NCBI GenBank assembly: GCA_965112735.1 | Contig: OZ218959.1 | Coordinates: 2,542,001 to 2,606,000, forward strand | DNA from: Phaeosaccion multiseriatum | Taxonomy: Eukaryota; Protista; Ochrophyta, other classes | DNA: 64,000 nt | Direction of reading: 5' to 3' | Part shown: piece after piece, positions 61,516 through 64,000 of the stretch | Layout: the number at the start of each line of letters is the position of its first letter | Position numbering within the stretch: the first letter of the stretch is position 1 | Notes under the pieces: model-generated | What the model was told of the DNA's origin: nothing | Database searches by the model: none | What the model saw: the letters and a program-made list of their open reading frames with translations, nothing else | Program-made: the position numbers and the translations under genes

Positions 61516-62355
61516 CTCCGGCTCTGGCTCTTCCTCTGGCTCCGGCTCTGGCTCGGGCTCAGGCTCTGGCTCAGGCTCTGGCTCAGGCTCTGACTCTGGC
61601 TCCGGCTCTGGCTCCGGCTCTGGCTCAGGCTCAGGCTCAGGCTCAGGCTCTGGCTCTGGCTCTGGCTCTGGTTCTGGCTCAGGCTCAGGCTCTGGCTCGG
61701 GCTCTTCCCCTGGCCCTGGCGCGGGTTCGTCCTCTGGCTCTGGCTCGGGTTCCTCTGGCTCCGGCACCGCCTCTCCTCCTTCGGCGTCTTCGCCTTCTGG
61801 CCCCCGCCCTCCTCCCCCGACCTTGTCACTCTTACCCTCTTCTACCGCCTGCTCTTCCTCCGGAGCTTGTTCCTCTTCCACACCACCCGCTGCTGCTGCG
61901 GGGGCGTCCCCCCCCCCATCTCCTTGCAGCTCGGCCTCCTTGCTCTCTTCTTCTTCCCCCTGTCCTCGCGGCTCGGTCCCTTTGCTGTCTTCCCCCTTTG
62001 AGTCTTGTTCTTGTTCAGTGGGCCCATCTCCTGCAGCACCTTCTTGTGTGCTTCCTCCCTTTCCTCCCTCTCCCTCATCTACCTTGTTCTCTGTCGCGGG
62101 GCTCCCGGTCTTGTTTGTAGTCTCCCCGTTTTCGTTTCTAGCAGAGAGAGGATCGGGCACGGTCACCACCCCATCCTCCTTAGGCCCTACGCTTTCTTGT
62201 CCTAAAGACGCCCCGGGGCCCTGCTGCGCCTCATTGCCCCCCTCCTGGCTACCTTCCTGCTGCCCGTGATCCTGCCTGTGATGCTCGTGATGCTCATGGT
62301 CGCTTCTTCCCTCTCTAAAGTCCTGGGCTGCAGACTTTCCGCAGGCGGAACCCAT
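61465..62355 (-). CDS. Acidic, disordered protein with N-terminal MGSACGKS acylation motif and (EP)n repeat
   Basis: 296-aa ATG ORF; Gly2 and Cys5; GAGCCN hexamer repeat with third-position variation. Confidence 0.7.
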
Positions 62356-62630
62356 TCCGTCTTCGCCCTTCCAGCAGCTCAGAGGTTTGCTACGATAGCG
62401 GTGTTTGCCAGCGGTATAGGTAATTTTGGGAGGAGGAGAGGGAGGAGCAAAAAACCGTTACAGGTGCAGTAGTTTCTGTAACGTGCAGATCCTCGAGATC
62501 TCCTCGACCCCCCCTTAGAATCAATCCAATCCAAGGCCAGTCGTCCATGGAGCAAGTAAGGGGTTACCCTTAACCAGTGCATCTTGCAAGTTTGCAAGTT
62601 ACAGAAGTATATACCTTGCTGTGAAGCGCG

Positions 62631-64000
62631 ATGAAGCTCCTGCACCCCCCTCCGTGGTCGCCCTTGTTGCTGGCCCTGCTGCTCGTGCTGCAGGACTTCC
62701 CGTCACAGCAGCAGCAGCGTGGGGGGCTTCTTGTAACCGGCACTGCAGATGTCTTGTTCGGGGAGGGGTCTGCAGACGTGATTGAGGGCCTCGGCGGCGA
62801 CGGTGAGAGGGTGTTTGCTGTTGTTTCCTCCTGAGCAGGCTCCCTCAGGCGCTGCTCTTGTGCCCGTAGCTGCTGCTCTTTTGCTTCCTCTTCGTTCTTT
62901 TCCTTCCTTCTGTTTCATTCCAAGCAGTCTCACCCACACCCCGTGGGTTTTAGAATGGCTCAAGCGGCCACTTCCTCACTCTCCTCCTCACTCCTCCTCT
63001 CCGCCTTTGATCCTGGCTGCTCCTGCTCTCCTTCCCATGGCAATACCTTTCGTTCCTTCACACTGTGACCTTCCGCGACAGACATGTAAGTCGGCTGAAA
63101 GAACGTTTTACACGTTTCAGAACGTGCTTGCTGCCCTTCCCCAATGGGGAATCCTCTCCTGCTTTCCTCGCGTCCGTAATGTCATCCCACTTCACTTTCA
63201 TTTCTACTTCCATCGCTGGTGCAACATCACACTCGTTGCTTTGTTGATCCCTCTCCCTGTCCACTTGTTGCAGTCTGTACGGTATGGGAGGACGAGACAA
63301 CCTTTCCGGTGGATCTGGTGATGACGTGCTCAGCGGGGGCGCAGGGGTGGACTACCTCCGGGGAGGGCTGGGGGCGGACAAGTTCCTCCTGACCACCAGC
63401 CTTGGGGACACATCCTCGACCACCACCTCCTCGGTAGGTGCTTGCGTCCGCTTCCTCCTCATGTAATCATTCTCGTGGTTCCTTGGTTGCCAACTTGCTG
63501 GTTCTGCGACTGCTTCGGTCGGTGCTGCTCCCTTGTTTTGGGAGGGTGAGGGCCAATTTTGAGACCGAGCGAAGCATTGATATGCCACCATCTTCACTCC
63601 CTCCCTCCCGTCATGCTCCCCTCCCCCTCCTCGCATCGAAGGAATGGTCCATCGACGTCATTGCGGACTTCAACGCGGCTGAGGGGGACGTCATCTGCCT
63701 CCCCGATGGCTTCACTTTCGACGACGTTAGCTTCTCCACCACCATGGCCCCCACGATGGCACCGACGGCAGCCCCAACTCCGGCACCAACGGCAGCCCCG
63801 ACTCTGGCTCCAACACACGCCCCCACCGAGGCTCCTACGGGTGCTTCGACGGAGGCTCCCACGGAAGCTTCGACGGAGGCTCCGTCGACTCAGGTACATA
63901 CGTCCGTAGGCAGACATCTTGAATAGTACCAACGCCCCTCCCTTAGGTACACCCGTGTCAACTGCTTGTTCGTTGTCTTCTCTTCGTACCATTCCAGTGC
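62631..64000 (+). CDS. Secreted protein with RTX/hemolysin-type Ca-binding repeats and PT stalk (runs off the window)
   Basis: Signal peptide; exons 62631-62802, 63082-63085, 63274-63433, 63642-63893; [26 protein letters not shown]; [15 protein letters not shown]. Confidence 0.8.

Overview
This is intron-rich, GC-rich eukaryotic nuclear DNA with GT-AG introns and many simple repeats. A stramenopile/ochrophyte alga is plausible but only inferred. Left to right: a TIR-bounded MITE; a TRAIP-like RING/coiled-coil gene head-to-head with RNase H1; a beta-propeller lactonase; a ~11 kb palindromic locus, where two head-to-head paralogous multi-TM genes in ~3.6 kb inverted arms flank a Cys-repeat surface-protein gene; a secreted C2-like/PT-stalk membrane protein; an apparently near-intact intron-containing Zisupton/KDZ-type transposase carrying a DEDDy 3'-5' exonuclease and an R3H-like domain; a second MITE; a large IQ/WW/B-box gene; a ~3,200-aa megasynthase; an acylated EP-repeat protein; and an intron-containing RTX-repeat gene with a 4-nt micro-exon. 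The megasynthase is the best candidate for an undescribed system. Its domain order is FAAL - FAD oxidoreductase - ACP - KS - ACP - Pls-type TM/beta-helix repeats - thioester reductase, with no recognisable AT domain. Gene models were spliced by eye. Three single-base frame disruptions (14884, ~34885, ~50533) could be assembly errors.
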